Assembly (NCBI GenBank): GCA_019058245.1
Contig: JAHPZJ010000030.1
Coordinates: 155,294-219,293 of the forward strand
DNA: 64,000 nucleotides
Direction: 5' to 3'
DNA from: Promethearchaeota archaeon
GTDB taxonomy: Archaea > Asgardarchaeota > Lokiarchaeia > Sigyniarchaeales > SOKP01
Numbering within the stretch: the stretch's first letter is position 1; each line of letters begins with the position of its first letter. Of this stretch, positions 18,581 through 27,923 are shown in pieces. The notes under the pieces are model-generated. The model was given only the letters and a program-made list of their open reading frames with translations, was not told the origin of the DNA and did no database searches. The translations under genes were made by a program, and so were the position numbers.

Positions 18581-21496
18581 TTAAAAAAACGCATCCATTT
18601 TTTTAATACCTTTTATCTCTTCATATGTTATACCTAGAGCATCTAAAACCTGTTCTAACGCTGAAATTAGAAGATCTTTGTATTTTTTAGTATCTATATC
18701 TTGGAGTTTAGCTAAGTCAATAGCTTTTGTTCCAATTGATCCCTTACTTTTAATAAAACTTATGGTTTCTCCTTTTTGAAATTCTTTTCCAGTTGCCGCT
18801 TTTAATTCTAATGCTGCTCTTACATGTTGAGGAATAACTTTTGTATAACTCTTAAGATCTTTTTGCAAAGCAATGTTTATAACATAATCTTCTAACTTGA
18901 AAGCATCTGGTTTTCCTATCTTTTTTAGATTGTTCCTTACAATTTCTTTAATCCTATCTTTAGCTTTCAAAAATTCATCATTAGTGGTGATCTGCTTCAA
19001 TATTTCGATCATTTCACTAAAAGCTTTTTTAATAAAGTTAGGTGTGTTTTTCTTCTTAGCAACAAGACCTTTTATATCTACATATTTAGTATTTTTATAA
19101 ATTCCAATATAGTTTTTCTTTCTATCAGAAAGTGCAAGAAACTGATAGGTCTTTTCCTCTTCTAAGTCAAGATCTAATTCTTTTCTGCTCCATTCTGATA
19201 TTATTTTCATCTGATCATTAGTTGGATTTAAAAGAAAAACGCTATCAGTATCCCCATAGAGAACTTTCACACCTATATCTTCCGACTTCTTAATGGTTTG
19301 TTTTATTGAATATTGACCTATTGAAGTAGTACTTTCTGCAACAGGAAGACAAAATAGAGGAAAATTCTGAGAGCCAAAAACACCATAACTTCCATTAATA
19401 AAAACTTTAAGAGCTTGCTGAATCGTATGATAATAACTTCTTTGTTTTTCTGTTAAATTTTTATCGGTTGATTTGGGTTTAAAATATTTAACTCTGATAT
19501 CTCTAAAAAAGCCTACAACATAAGCAAAGATTCCCATTTTTTTAGTACATATATGATAAGGGGTTCCTTTTACAAGATTATCTTCATCTTCTTTATGAGG
19601 ACATAATACTGTTTCGTATGATAAGTTATATTCTTTGATAATAGAAGGGTAAAGTGAAGCAAAATCCATCACTACGACGTCAAAATGAATTCCAGGAACA
19701 GGTGGGATAACATAAGCCCCTGCAAATGTTTTTCCTTCAATAACCGCTTTTGAATAGCCTCCAGTTTTTAATTCAGCGATTTCTGATCTACGAGGTATTA
19801 AATAATTTTTTCTTCTATGTTCAAAATAAAAAATATTTTGAATCCATGTTGATATTTGGCGCCTTACTGTTTCATGAATAGGCATTTTGGTAATTCGACA
19901 TAATAATACAATTAAATTCCAGACAAGTGAGTTATTAAATTTTGTTAATTCTAATGTAAGTATTGAATCTTTTAAATTATACCACGTTAGAACATCATAT
20001 TCCATTTCATGTATTTCTTCTTCATGCGCATATTTCATTTCTCCCAATAATGCATCGCTAATCGCGTTTAATGAACTACTTTCATATGCACCTCCAAAAG
20101 CATATCCAGAAATACTTCGATTAAAGAAAAAATTAAATAGGTCAATATGGATTCCCTTTCTCAAGTCACAATCAGATCTTGATAAGAACCCAAAACCTCT
20201 CTTAATATGGATAGGATTTAAATCTTTATCAATTTTCAATTTATTTGCTCTATGAAACATATAAGTTAGATCAAAATTATCTCCGTTGAAGGTAATAACT
20301 ACAGGATATTCCCATAATAAACGAAAAGTCTCTATTAATAATTCTTTTTCACTTTTAAAGAAAACTAATTTGGCGTCTGACGGAAATCTCTTATGTAGTC
20401 CATGAAAAAGGAATCCTTCTCTTTCTAAAACATATACTAATTTTAATCCATCTGATGCTACAAAAGAAATGCTAATAATTGCTTGTTTTGCCTGACGAGG
20501 ATCTGGGATAACAAAATCTTCTGATCCTAAATTTACTTCGATATCCATAGCTATCCGTTTTACATCTGGAATCGGTGTAAGAAATATATCTAAAAACTTT
20601 TCCGAAAACTCTTGAAGTTCTGACGATTCATTTTTGAACAGATTCCGTAATTCTTTTGCCATATTTTTAGATTCTTCTGAATCCTCTTCAAAACTCAACT
20701 TTTTGATTTGACCACCTTCAATAGAATATATTAATCCAGGAATTAGTTGTCTATCGAAAATATAGTTCAAATGATATCTAATATCTGCTTCCCATGCTTT
20801 TTTATTGTTTTTACTTAAAATATTTCTAATATTTGTACCAGAACCACCAATATCTGACGGTGTTTTACCATATATTTTTGTCATCGATATTTCTGTATCT
20901 TTTAGCAGATCAATTCTCTTAATTTCTTCAAATCTAGTAAAACCTTCATAATCTGTTAATTCTATAATATTCTGTAAATCTGCTATTGATTCCTTACTTA
21001 AGCAATAAGGTTCATGATCAGTAGTATCAATCCATATTCTTATATCATCAGTTTTAAGATCATAAAATTTACAGTATGCTTTATTTTGACTTCCATCATA
21101 ATCAACATCAAGCAATATACCTCTTTCCATATCTTCAACGATTTCTCCTTTTTCAATAAGATAACGAATATATTTTGAAGAAAAATTTTCTCTTAAAACT
21201 TTTGGTAATTTAATATTTCCTTCTTTTAAGCCAAATTGTTTGTCATTCCCTTCAAAAAATAAGTTTGAAGGAATCTCCTCTGAAATAGGCTCTAATTGAG
21301 GCTTTGATTCTTTAGCTTTATGTTCTTTTATAGCTTTCGGTTTATCTTTTGGGCTTTTTTCTGGAGTTTTATCAATTTTTGGTTTCTTTTCTGATTCTGA
21401 CTTCTTTTTTTTCTTTTTTGTATCTTTATCATCAACAAATGAAAATAATGATGTTTGGGATTTATCATCGGGTTTCTTCTTTTTTGAAGGTGGCAT
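18581..21496 (-). CDS. polB: family B DNA polymerase with a Lys-rich N-terminal extension
   Basis: 971-aa ORF. Exo I is AMDIEV, Exo II is FNGDNFDLTY and Exo III is YNLKDSILTLEL. Pol A is MDFASLYPSII, Pol B is KVFINGSYGVFG and Pol C is VLYGDTDSVF. The motifs are contiguous, so no intein is present. Confidence 0.9.
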   Translation of the reverse strand: MPPSKKKKPDDKSQTSLFSFVDDKDTKKKKKKSESEKKPKIDKTPEKSPKDKPKAIKEHKAKESKPQLEPISEEIPSNLFFEGNDKQFGLKEGNIKLPKVLRENFSSKYIRYLIEKGEIVEDMERGILLDVDYDGSQNKAYCKFYDLKTDDIRIWIDTTDHEPYCLSKESIADLQNIIELTDYEGFTRFEEIKRIDLLKDTEISMTKIYGKTPSDIGGSGTNIRNILSKNNKKAWEADIRYHLNYIFDRQLIPGLIYSIEGGQIKKLSFEEDSEESKNMAKELRNLFKNESSELQEFSEKFLDIFLTPIPDVKRIAMDIEVNLGSEDFVIPDPRQAKQAIISISFVASDGLKLVYVLEREGFLFHGLHKRFPSDAKLVFFKSEKELLIETFRLLWEYPVVITFNGDNFDLTYMFHRANKLKIDKDLNPIHIKRGFGFLSRSDCDLRKGIHIDLFNFFFNRSISGYAFGGAYESSSLNAISDALLGEMKYAHEEEIHEMEYDVLTWYNLKDSILTLELTKFNNSLVWNLIVLLCRITKMPIHETVRRQISTWIQNIFYFEHRRKNYLIPRRSEIAELKTGGYSKAVIEGKTFAGAYVIPPVPGIHFDVVVMDFASLYPSIIKEYNLSYETVLCPHKEDEDNLVKGTPYHICTKKMGIFAYVVGFFRDIRVKYFKPKSTDKNLTEKQRSYYHTIQQALKVFINGSYGVFGSQNFPLFCLPVAESTTSIGQYSIKQTIKKSEDIGVKVLYGDTDSVFLLNPTNDQMKIISEWSRKELDLDLEEEKTYQFLALSDRKKNYIGIYKNTKYVDIKGLVAKKKNTPNFIKKAFSEMIEILKQITTNDEFLKAKDRIKEIVRNNLKKIGKPDAFKLEDYVINIALQKDLKSYTKVIPQHVRAALELKAATGKEFQKGETISFIKSKGSIGTKAIDLAKLQDIDTKKYKDLLISALEQVLDALGITYEEIKGIKKMDAFF

Positions 21497-21662
21497 AACA
21501 AACCAATAAAGTATAATATTTTAATTTCTAATATAAATAATTATTGTCTTATTTATTTTAATACTCTCTAATCATTCTTTAATATTTAATTTGAAACTCT
21601 GGAGTAAAGATACTCTGCAAAGAAAGAAGTTCTAGTAATTAGATAAATATAAAAATTCGATA

Positions 21663-22010
21663 CTAATTTCTATTACTTATGATATTCTTTATTTCTTCCA
21701 AAAGAAGGTGCTTTTCAGCGATATACCAATTTATCTGACTTCTACTAGGATTTTCATGATATATTATCTCAGCGACTTTCTTAATTTCATTTTTCGAAGG
21801 AGGAATTAGTTGCCCATTAACATCATCTCTTAATAATAAGATAAGATTATCTGTTTCTAATGGTTTAATATCAAATCCATCCTTGATGTTATTATTAATT
21901 GTCACGCAAAGTTCTGCGAGCCTCCAGACGCTTTTTTCAACGCTTTGGTTCTCTTTATAAATTTTGAATGCTAATTTTGTTACATCTTCTTTTGTAAACA
22001 TTTTGTTCAT
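21663..22010 (-). CDS. hypothetical protein with two DUF2934-like A..Y...W..AE repeats
   Basis: 115-aa ORF. KLAFKIYKENQSVEKSVWRLAEL and KVAEIIYHENPSRSQINWYIAEKHLL look like a duplicated short helical motif. The family name is a guess. Confidence 0.4.
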   Translation of the reverse strand: MNKMFTKEDVTKLAFKIYKENQSVEKSVWRLAELCVTINNNIKDGFDIKPLETDNLILLLRDDVNGQLIPPSKNEIKKVAEIIYHENPSRSQINWYIAEKHLLLEEIKNIISNRN

Positions 22011-22167
22011 TCAGAAACCTTATTTACACTAGAATTATTAATATGTTAATTAATCAACAAAAAGATAAATAACCTTTTAATTATTACGATTGGTTATTTC
22101 ACTGGTCTAAAACCACAAAATTAAAAATTTATAATAGTTTCATATAAAATAATAATTATTAAAAAAT

Positions 22168-22271
22168 GCCTCCGTGGCTTAGTGGTAGAGCAGCAGACAG
22201 GGGTTCATTATTCAACCAACCCTGCATTTGTAATCTGCCGGTCGTGGGTTCAAGTCCCACCGGGGGCTCCA
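22168..22271 (+). tRNA. tRNA-Thr (anticodon TGT at 22229-22231) with a ~29-nt intron (about 22198-22226) and encoded CCA
   Basis: Manual cloverleaf: acceptor GCCTCCG/CGGGGGC, D arm GCTT-AGTGGTA-GAGC. Anticodon stem GCAGA (22193-97)/TCTGC (22234-38), variable CGGTC, T arm GTGGG-TTCAAGT-CCCAC, discriminator T, then CCA. The insert between the stem and the loop contains its own helix CAGGG/CCCTG. Either possible splice register gives anticodon TGT. Confidence 0.85.
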
Positions 22272-22386
22272 TTATTAGTTATTCAATTATAATTCGTCCT
22301 ATTCTCGATTTACTAATTATTAATAGAACTGCACCTCTACCTATTCAGAAATAAAAATAAAAAAATAGTTTTTGGTTTGATTTATA

Positions 22387-22926
22387 TTAAATAACTATTA
22401 TAACTGAAGATTCAAAATCAGTTGAAATCATACAATTTACTAATAAAAGACAGTTATAAATTTCTCCATCGCATTCTCTCAGAGTTTGAACAGTAACAGT
22501 ATGAGATCCTGTGGATAATGAATAATCCGCATATTGTAATGCTACTGAATAAATAAGAGAATTAGCAGAGGAACTTGTTGCTCCTACAGTAGTACTAGCA
22601 TTATCATATGGAACACTATCAATTACTAGACGAAAATGCATATAAGCAACTGAACTAACTGGAACTACATCTGCTGTACATGTGAATAGAAAATATACGC
22701 TTTCTCCCTCTTTTACATCAAAATTAATACTTATACCAGTGATGGTGTACCATGCATCTTCTGCTGTAGATGTGAAATCCGCTTCTCTAAAATCCGTATA
22801 GGTTCGCTTGACTGCTGAACTTGAATCTGAATCTGGACTGAATGTGATAAATGTGAAAACACCAAGACCTATTGCACCAACAGCTACTATTAAAGCAAGA
22901 ATACCTATTCCTGATCCTTTTCCCAT
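22387..22926 (-). CDS. hypothetical exported protein with N-terminal signal-anchor
   Basis: 179-aa ORF with an N-terminal GIGILALIVAVGAIGLGVFTFITF segment. The S/T/A/V-rich beta-looking body has noticeably higher GC than its surroundings. Confidence 0.5.
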   Translation of the reverse strand: MGKGSGIGILALIVAVGAIGLGVFTFITFSPDSDSSSAVKRTYTDFREADFTSTAEDAWYTITGISINFDVKEGESVYFLFTCTADVVPVSSVAYMHFRLVIDSVPYDNASTTVGATSSSANSLIYSVALQYADYSLSTGSHTVTVQTLRECDGEIYNCLLLVNCMISTDFESSVIIVI

Positions 22927-23219
22927 ATTAAATCCTTTCTTTTTATAATTAGATTCTATTTATCTAAAAAAAATTATTAGTTTAATGGTCATTTATAGAT
23001 ATAAATATAAGTAATTTCACTAAACAAAATTGTAAAAAGTTTAAAAAAATTAAATAACAAATTATCCAAATTGATGCTGATGAATTCAGAATTCCTAAAT
23101 TTGTTATTTACCTAATTTTAAATCTAATAGATTAAGACAATTTAATTTAACTTAAATATTCTATTTATTATATTCGAAGAATAAATAAATATAACCTAAA
23201 TTATGTATGATGAAGATTA

Positions 23220-24794
23220 ATGAATAAGATCAATAGGATTATTCTTTGTATCATTGATGATGTTAGGGCTGGGCATTTTTTTGATTTTATTAATAGGGGT
23301 TTACTTCCTAATATAAAGAAATTGATGGAAAATGGAATTTATTCAGAGAATTGCATTACCGATTTTCCTCCTATTACCTATCCTACCCAAGTTTCGTTGT
23401 TAACGGGAACTTACACAGGTAATTATAAAAAGGAATTATGTCATGGGGTTCCTCTCCTTAATTGGATGGATCGTGACATAGTACCACCAATATTGCGAGA
23501 ATATGCCGCTTTAGATTTACAAATATATAAAATCAATGATGATATTGGAAATAACTGTCAAACAATTCTAGAAATGATTGGAGATGAGAATACAGCGAGT
23601 ATCGCACAGTTTATTAATAGAGGTTCCAATTATATTTTTCCTAATAGAAAAACGAAACTTGCAATGTTCTACCTTCTATTAAAATATTATCCTAGTGTTA
23701 AGAAAAGATTTATTAGAGCCAATTCTGTAATTGCCCAGAAATTAATTGAAGTTTTTAAAACACCAAAAAAATTCTTTGATAATGCAGAGCCTCCTATCGC
23801 TTCTTTGATATGGTTTATGTCCTCTGATCTCATAATGCATAAGTATGGATTCGATTCAAATATATATAAATTGAATTTACTTCACATTGATAAGGTTATT
23901 GGAGTTGTAATTAAAAGTTTAGAGAAAATGGGTTATTTGGAAGAGACAGCAATAGCAATTACTTCAGACCATGGAAATTATAAAGCTAAACAAAGAAGTA
24001 GTCTAAATGATTTTTTAAAACAAAATAGGTTAACCAATTATCATCCTCTCAAAAATTTAAAAGGGAATATGGATCTTGCTTATTATTCTGGAGTAGGTTT
24101 TTTTTATTTTAAAGGGAAGAACAATTCAAATAGTATAAATAAGTGGATTCGTCCTACTATTGAAGAACTTAAGAAGTATGGGCCCAAGAGTAAAAATCTA
24201 TTGGAAGAACTTTTTAAAATTCAGGGAAGTCATTTAATGTATTATAGAGACGATAATAACACATATAATAAAGGAGTAATTCATCTTAAAAGAAAGATTG
24301 AATCTACAGGCAAAATTATAACAGGAAGGATTGAATATGAAGGAAAAGGGATTGATTATAAAACACGTTATATTTTAGATAATGATAATAAGGATATATT
24401 TGATTTTATCAATGATAAGCAAGCAAGTAAGTTATTAGATAATAAATTTCACTCACCTCAAGAATGGTTAGAAGCAACTTATCATTTGGATTACCCTATC
24501 TATCCCGATTTAATACCAAGACACTTTAAAAATCCTAGAAGTGCAGATATTATCCTTAGTAATAATGAATCTGTAAAATTTGGAATACATCATGGAAAGC
24601 ATAAAAGCAAAAGCTTGTATGATCACGATATAGGTTTTCGAAAATGTATGGTTGTTCCTTTAATTATAGGTGGTTCGTTAGAAATTCCTCATGAGCACAT
24701 TCAATATTGTAAAATAACAGATATTGTTCCTACGTTATTAAAACTTATTGGAAAAAAACCTCACAACAGTGTAATTGGTTCAAGTTTAGTATAA
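23220..24794 (+). CDS. alkaline-phosphatase-superfamily enzyme, nucleotide pyrophosphatase/phosphodiesterase (NPP)-like, no signal peptide
   Basis: 524-aa ORF. It has an N-terminal metal ligand region CIIDDVRAG, a nucleophile region PPITYPTQVSLLTG (P-x-T-x-P...TG pattern) and ITSDHGN (DHG metal site). Confidence 0.65.
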   Translation: MNKINRIILCIIDDVRAGHFFDFINRGLLPNIKKLMENGIYSENCITDFPPITYPTQVSLLTGTYTGNYKKELCHGVPLLNWMDRDIVPPILREYAALDLQIYKINDDIGNNCQTILEMIGDENTASIAQFINRGSNYIFPNRKTKLAMFYLLLKYYPSVKKRFIRANSVIAQKLIEVFKTPKKFFDNAEPPIASLIWFMSSDLIMHKYGFDSNIYKLNLLHIDKVIGVVIKSLEKMGYLEETAIAITSDHGNYKAKQRSSLNDFLKQNRLTNYHPLKNLKGNMDLAYYSGVGFFYFKGKNNSNSINKWIRPTIEELKKYGPKSKNLLEELFKIQGSHLMYYRDDNNTYNKGVIHLKRKIESTGKIITGRIEYEGKGIDYKTRYILDNDNKDIFDFINDKQASKLLDNKFHSPQEWLEATYHLDYPIYPDLIPRHFKNPRSADIILSNNESVKFGIHHGKHKSKSLYDHDIGFRKCMVVPLIIGGSLEIPHEHIQYCKITDIVPTLLKLIGKKPHNSVIGSSLV

Positions 24795-24843
24795 ATTATT
24801 TAAAACTAAACCTTTACCTTCTTTTATTTAAAAATAGCATCTA

Positions 24844-24857
24844 TATAGAATATATAA
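24844..24857 (+). promoter_or_regulatory. copy of the recurrent intergenic word TATAGAATATATA(A), followed by GATATATAGAG
   Basis: The exact 11-mer ATAGAATATAT lies at 24845-24855. It is 246 nt upstream of the SBP gene and 120 nt upstream of a 32-codon TM mini-ORF. Confidence 0.3.
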
Positions 24858-25103
24858 GATATATAGAGATGTTAGTCAGATTTTATTAAATAAATATAAT
24901 AAATAGAAGATTATATTTTATCACAAACTATAATTTAATTTAGTTTTGATTCATTTACAAAAGAGTAAGGCAATTCTATGGAAAGAAAACTACTATATAT
25001 TATCGCTTTGTCAATTGGTTTATTATGTGGTATAATTTTAGCTTTTATTGATCATTTTATTAGATCTTTCATATAGATAAAATCTTATTAAAATCTGTTA
25101 ATT

Positions 25104-26228
25104 ATGAAACACACACGTAAAGTAAAAAGAGATAGTAAATTTGGAGTTATTTCTGTATTTATAATAGGATTTCTAATAGGGACATTTTCTACTAATTTTG
25201 TACTTCAAAGCAGAGGGGAAAGAACACATATAACAATAATTTATAGTTCTGAAAAGGCAAGTTGGATGACAGTTGCTTATTCTGATTTTATGGATGAGTG
25301 GCAAAATATTCATCCTGATGAACCAATCAGTATTGATATGCATCCTTATGGCTCTTCAAATTCAATCATTAGTATTCTTAATAGAGAAATTTATCCTACT
25401 ATATGGAGTCCTGCAAGTTCTCTTTGGATGCCATTTTTAAACTCTAAATGGGCAGATTTAACAAATAGAAACGATCCAATAGTAAATATTAGTGCAGCAG
25501 TTAAAATAATATATTCTCCCATAGTAATTGCTACTTGGGAATCGTTTAATAATACCTATAATATTAAGGGATTTAATGATGTACATAATCTGACAATAGA
25601 TCCAGATGTGAACATTAGAATGGCTCACACGGATCCCCGTTTGTCAAATTCAGGATTTATGACGGTGATTATGGCATTATCAGCAGCCTCTGGTATCTCT
25701 TCGGAGAATTTATCAATGTCTGATCTACAAGATTTAACTAATCAAAAATGGCTCAGAGAATTTGAATCCAGCGCTGTGGTATATGGGACTTCTACTGGTT
25801 TCTTAGCGCGTTATATGAAAAATGAGGGACCAACTGCTTTAAATATTGCTTTTTTATATGAAAATTTAATAAGAGATATTTCCAGTACTGCTACAGGAGG
25901 AAAAATTATTGCTGTTTATCCAGAGGAAGGAACATTATATAGCGACCATCCTTTTTGTATATTAAATGCTGATTGGATAACTGATCAGCAGAGAGTCGTA
26001 GCTGAAGCATTCCTTAATTTTTTAAATGAGAATGAAACAGTTTATTCTGCAATGGAATATGGATTTAGACCAATTAATCCTTCAATTGCATTAGATCCTG
26101 AAGTTTTTAATTATGAAACTAATGGAATTGCCTATGATCTTAATGTTCCTGAGTTACATATACCATTAGATGAACAAGTATTAATCAAAATCCCTGATTT
26201 ATGGCAATTGTGTAAAGCTACAGCATAA
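25104..26228 (+). CDS. membrane-anchored type-2 periplasmic-binding-protein-fold ABC substrate-binding protein, ligand unknown
   Basis: 374-aa ORF with an N-terminal TM anchor (VISVFIIGFLIGTFSTNFVL). ITIIYSSEK...PTIWSPASSLW and TDPRLSNSGF are patterns typical of SBP_bac_11-like binders. It is the first gene of a four/five-gene ABC operon. Confidence 0.6.
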   Translation: MKHTRKVKRDSKFGVISVFIIGFLIGTFSTNFVLQSRGERTHITIIYSSEKASWMTVAYSDFMDEWQNIHPDEPISIDMHPYGSSNSIISILNREIYPTIWSPASSLWMPFLNSKWADLTNRNDPIVNISAAVKIIYSPIVIATWESFNNTYNIKGFNDVHNLTIDPDVNIRMAHTDPRLSNSGFMTVIMALSAASGISSENLSMSDLQDLTNQKWLREFESSAVVYGTSTGFLARYMKNEGPTALNIAFLYENLIRDISSTATGGKIIAVYPEEGTLYSDHPFCILNADWITDQQRVVAEAFLNFLNENETVYSAMEYGFRPINPSIALDPEVFNYETNGIAYDLNVPELHIPLDEQVLIKIPDLWQLCKATA

Positions 26229-26246
26229 AAAGAAATAATAATTAAA

Positions 26247-27923
26247 ATGATAAAGAAAAATTATAAAAGAAATCAATATTTGAAAGAAAGTTCTCAAGAA
26301 GAAGAGTTGAATTTACCTTTAAGTTTAAAATTAGATAGATTCTTTTCTAAGTCAATATACAGAAAAAGTCTAGATTCTATAGTAATTCTCTTTTTTATTT
26401 TGGTTATTATAGGTCCGATAATCAACATTTTTTCAACGATTTTTCTAAATATTCCTGCTATAAATAAAGATGTTTTTAACGACCCATTGTTGGGAGATTT
26501 ACAATGGCATAATATGTTGAGAGCTTTAGGATCCTCCTTTTCAATTGCATCAATAGCCGTAGGGGTCGATATTATTATTGCTTTTCCCATATCAATCATA
26601 TTAACGAGATATAATTTTAGAGGTAAAAAAATACTTGATGCATTGGTAGATCTGCCAATGGCTGTACCTACTAGTGCATTAGGTTTTTCTATAATGTTAT
26701 TTTGGGGAATATTTGGAATATATCCGGGATTTACATTGATTGTGCTTGGACACATAGTATTCACATTCCCATATATCGTGCGAAACATGAAGATTGTATT
26801 AGAAAAATCCGCTGTTCTATATGAAGATGCCGCTCAAACCCTAGGAGCACCAGGATTCACAGTATTTCGAACTATTACGCTTCCATTGATGAAGGAGGGA
26901 TTAATAGCTGGGGCTATCCTTGCATTTACGAGAAGTTTAGGTGAAACTGGTGCAACAATTATACTTTCAGGTTTAATAGAAACAGCCCCAATTCTGATTG
27001 TGGGATATAGAAGGCAATTAGATTTACCCTCTGCTTCTCTATTAGCTGGAATACTAATAGTAATTTCTCTTTTACTACTCTTTTCAATTAAATTTATAAC
27101 TCGGAAAATAGGATTTCCAGTTAGTTCAGTATGGCCTAGAATAGAAAGATTTTTAAGTAAAAAGAATCTAAGACATATAAGAGATTTTTTAGCTTTAGGA
27201 ATCCTTTTTGTTGTAATTCTTATCCCTGCTTTTTATATTATAGTAGAAATAATTGGTGCAAATTTTGTAGAGGAAGTTTTCTTAGGAAAAGATTATAAGT
27301 GGGCATTTTTATATACGAGTTTTATTTACTCAATTGAAATAGGAGCTTTAGCTGTTTTTATAAATTTAATTTTTGGAATACCTTTTGCATTTATAATTAC
27401 AAAACGAAAGTGGGGAAAAGTAATCACCATTTTAGATACTATTTTAGATATCCCGATTGCAATTCCTTCAGCAGCTTTAGGATTTGCAACATTTTTATTT
27501 TGGGGTCCATCAGGCCTTGGTTTGTTTCAATCTGGATTTTTTATGATATTATTTGTACATATTGCTTTTACATTTCCATATATGGTTCGTCCAATTATTG
27601 GAGTTTTAGAATCTTCAAATAAGGGAGTTGAAGAAGCTGCTCGAACTTTAGGTGCTTCGAATATGACCGTTTTTAGGAAAATTACTCTTCCCAACATAAA
27701 GCAAGGGATTATTGCAGGATGTATAATGACTTTCACTCGCTCATTAGGAGAGACAGGTGCAACTATTGTTGTAATGGGGGGTATAAGAACCATTCCTGTG
27801 CTTATCGTAGATTTTGTTGAGGCAAATGCCTATGCCTCAGCAATATTTGCGAGTGTAATTATTATGATTTTTAGTGCATTCTTAATTTTTGCATTACGAA
27901 CAGTATCAAAAAAAAGAGGATAG
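26247..27923 (+). CDS. fused double ABC permease (two binding-protein-dependent TMD halves in one chain)
   Basis: 558-aa polytopic ORF. The EAA-loop-region motif occurs once per half, as AFTRSLGETGATIILSG and TFTRSLGETGATIVVMG. Confidence 0.8.
   Translation: MIKKNYKRNQYLKESSQEEELNLPLSLKLDRFFSKSIYRKSLDSIVILFFILVIIGPIINIFSTIFLNIPAINKDVFNDPLLGDLQWHNMLRALGSSFSIASIAVGVDIIIAFPISIILTRYNFRGKKILDALVDLPMAVPTSALGFSIMLFWGIFGIYPGFTLIVLGHIVFTFPYIVRNMKIVLEKSAVLYEDAAQTLGAPGFTVFRTITLPLMKEGLIAGAILAFTRSLGETGATIILSGLIETAPILIVGYRRQLDLPSASLLAGILIVISLLLLFSIKFITRKIGFPVSSVWPRIERFLSKKNLRHIRDFLALGILFVVILIPAFYIIVEIIGANFVEEVFLGKDYKWAFLYTSFIYSIEIGALAVFINLIFGIPFAFIITKRKWGKVITILDTILDIPIAIPSAALGFATFLFWGPSGLGLFQSGFFMILFVHIAFTFPYMVRPIIGVLESSNKGVEEAARTLGASNMTVFRKITLPNIKQGIIAGCIMTFTRSLGETGATIVVMGGIRTIPVLIVDFVEANAYASAIFASVIIMIFSAFLIFALRTVSKKRG

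Noticed and set aside
18581-21496. Intein in the family-B polymerase
   Set aside because: Pol motifs A, B and C and Exo I-III are contiguous at normal spacing. The extra length is explained by the N-terminal Lys-rich extension.
22166-22354. 62-aa ORF in the track (MPPWLSGRAADRGSLFNQ...)
   Set aside because: It lies exactly over the tRNA-Thr gene. Its GC-rich part is the tRNA sequence read as protein, so it is not a CDS.
22272-23219. Possible integrated element at the tRNA-Thr 3' end
   Set aside because: There is no integrase or recombinase gene. I found no direct repeat of the tRNA 3' end downstream, and the neighbouring genes look like ordinary chromosomal genes.
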